64,000 nt of DNA. It comes from Squalus acanthias (Eukaryota). Under the pieces are notes generated by a model. The model was not told the DNA's origin. It searched no databases and worked only from the letters and a program-made list of their open reading frames with translations. The first letter of the stretch is position 1, and the number at the start of each line of letters is the position of its first letter. Positions 63,979 to 64,000 of this stretch are shown piece after piece. A program made the translations under genes and the position numbers. The stretch lies in contig CM059425.1 in NCBI GenBank assembly GCA_030390025.1, positions 164,798,001-164,862,000 on the forward strand, written 5' to 3'.

Positions 63979-64000
63979 CTGAAATTCCAACATTGTTTTG
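63979..64000 (-). CDS. LIX1: LIX1 coding exon, 3' end only (..KTMLEFQ|GT), truncated by window end
   Basis: C AAA ACA ATG TTG GAA TTT CAG|GTAATA; phase 0 joins to ELMTVFQ. Confidence 0.85.

Overview
Vertebrate genomic DNA. The repeat content suggests a cartilaginous fish (shark/ray); this is inference from CR1 LINEs with an SGNH-esterase ORF1, Deu-domain SINEs and abundant Harbinger elements. Two host genes face each other. (1) On +, a complete, intact 6-coding-exon 2'-5'-oligoadenylate synthetase (OAS1-like, single domain, 342 aa; exons 3681-3866, 9989-10149, 20020-20144, 25839-26028, 28730-28939, 30066-30222, all GT-AG and in phase). (2) On -, the last three coding exons of LIX1 (63979-64000 partial, 53454-53531, 52295-52597). 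The rest is dominated by nested transposons: CR1 LINEs, including a nested pair forming a ~2.2-kb near-spacerless inverted repeat in OAS intron 2; two copies of a CR1-group LINE with a tRNA-derived head and almost no sense-strand T4 runs; PIF/Harbinger elements with HARBI1-type transposase and Myb/SANT genes; a Vingi-like LINE with a 5' inversion; and a young full-length Gypsy element with a YLDN RT whose PBS pairs with its own LTR rather than a tRNA (candidate self-priming). There are also several short inverted locally templated duplications, one of which copies a LIX1 exon. All identities are judged by eye and no database searches were run.
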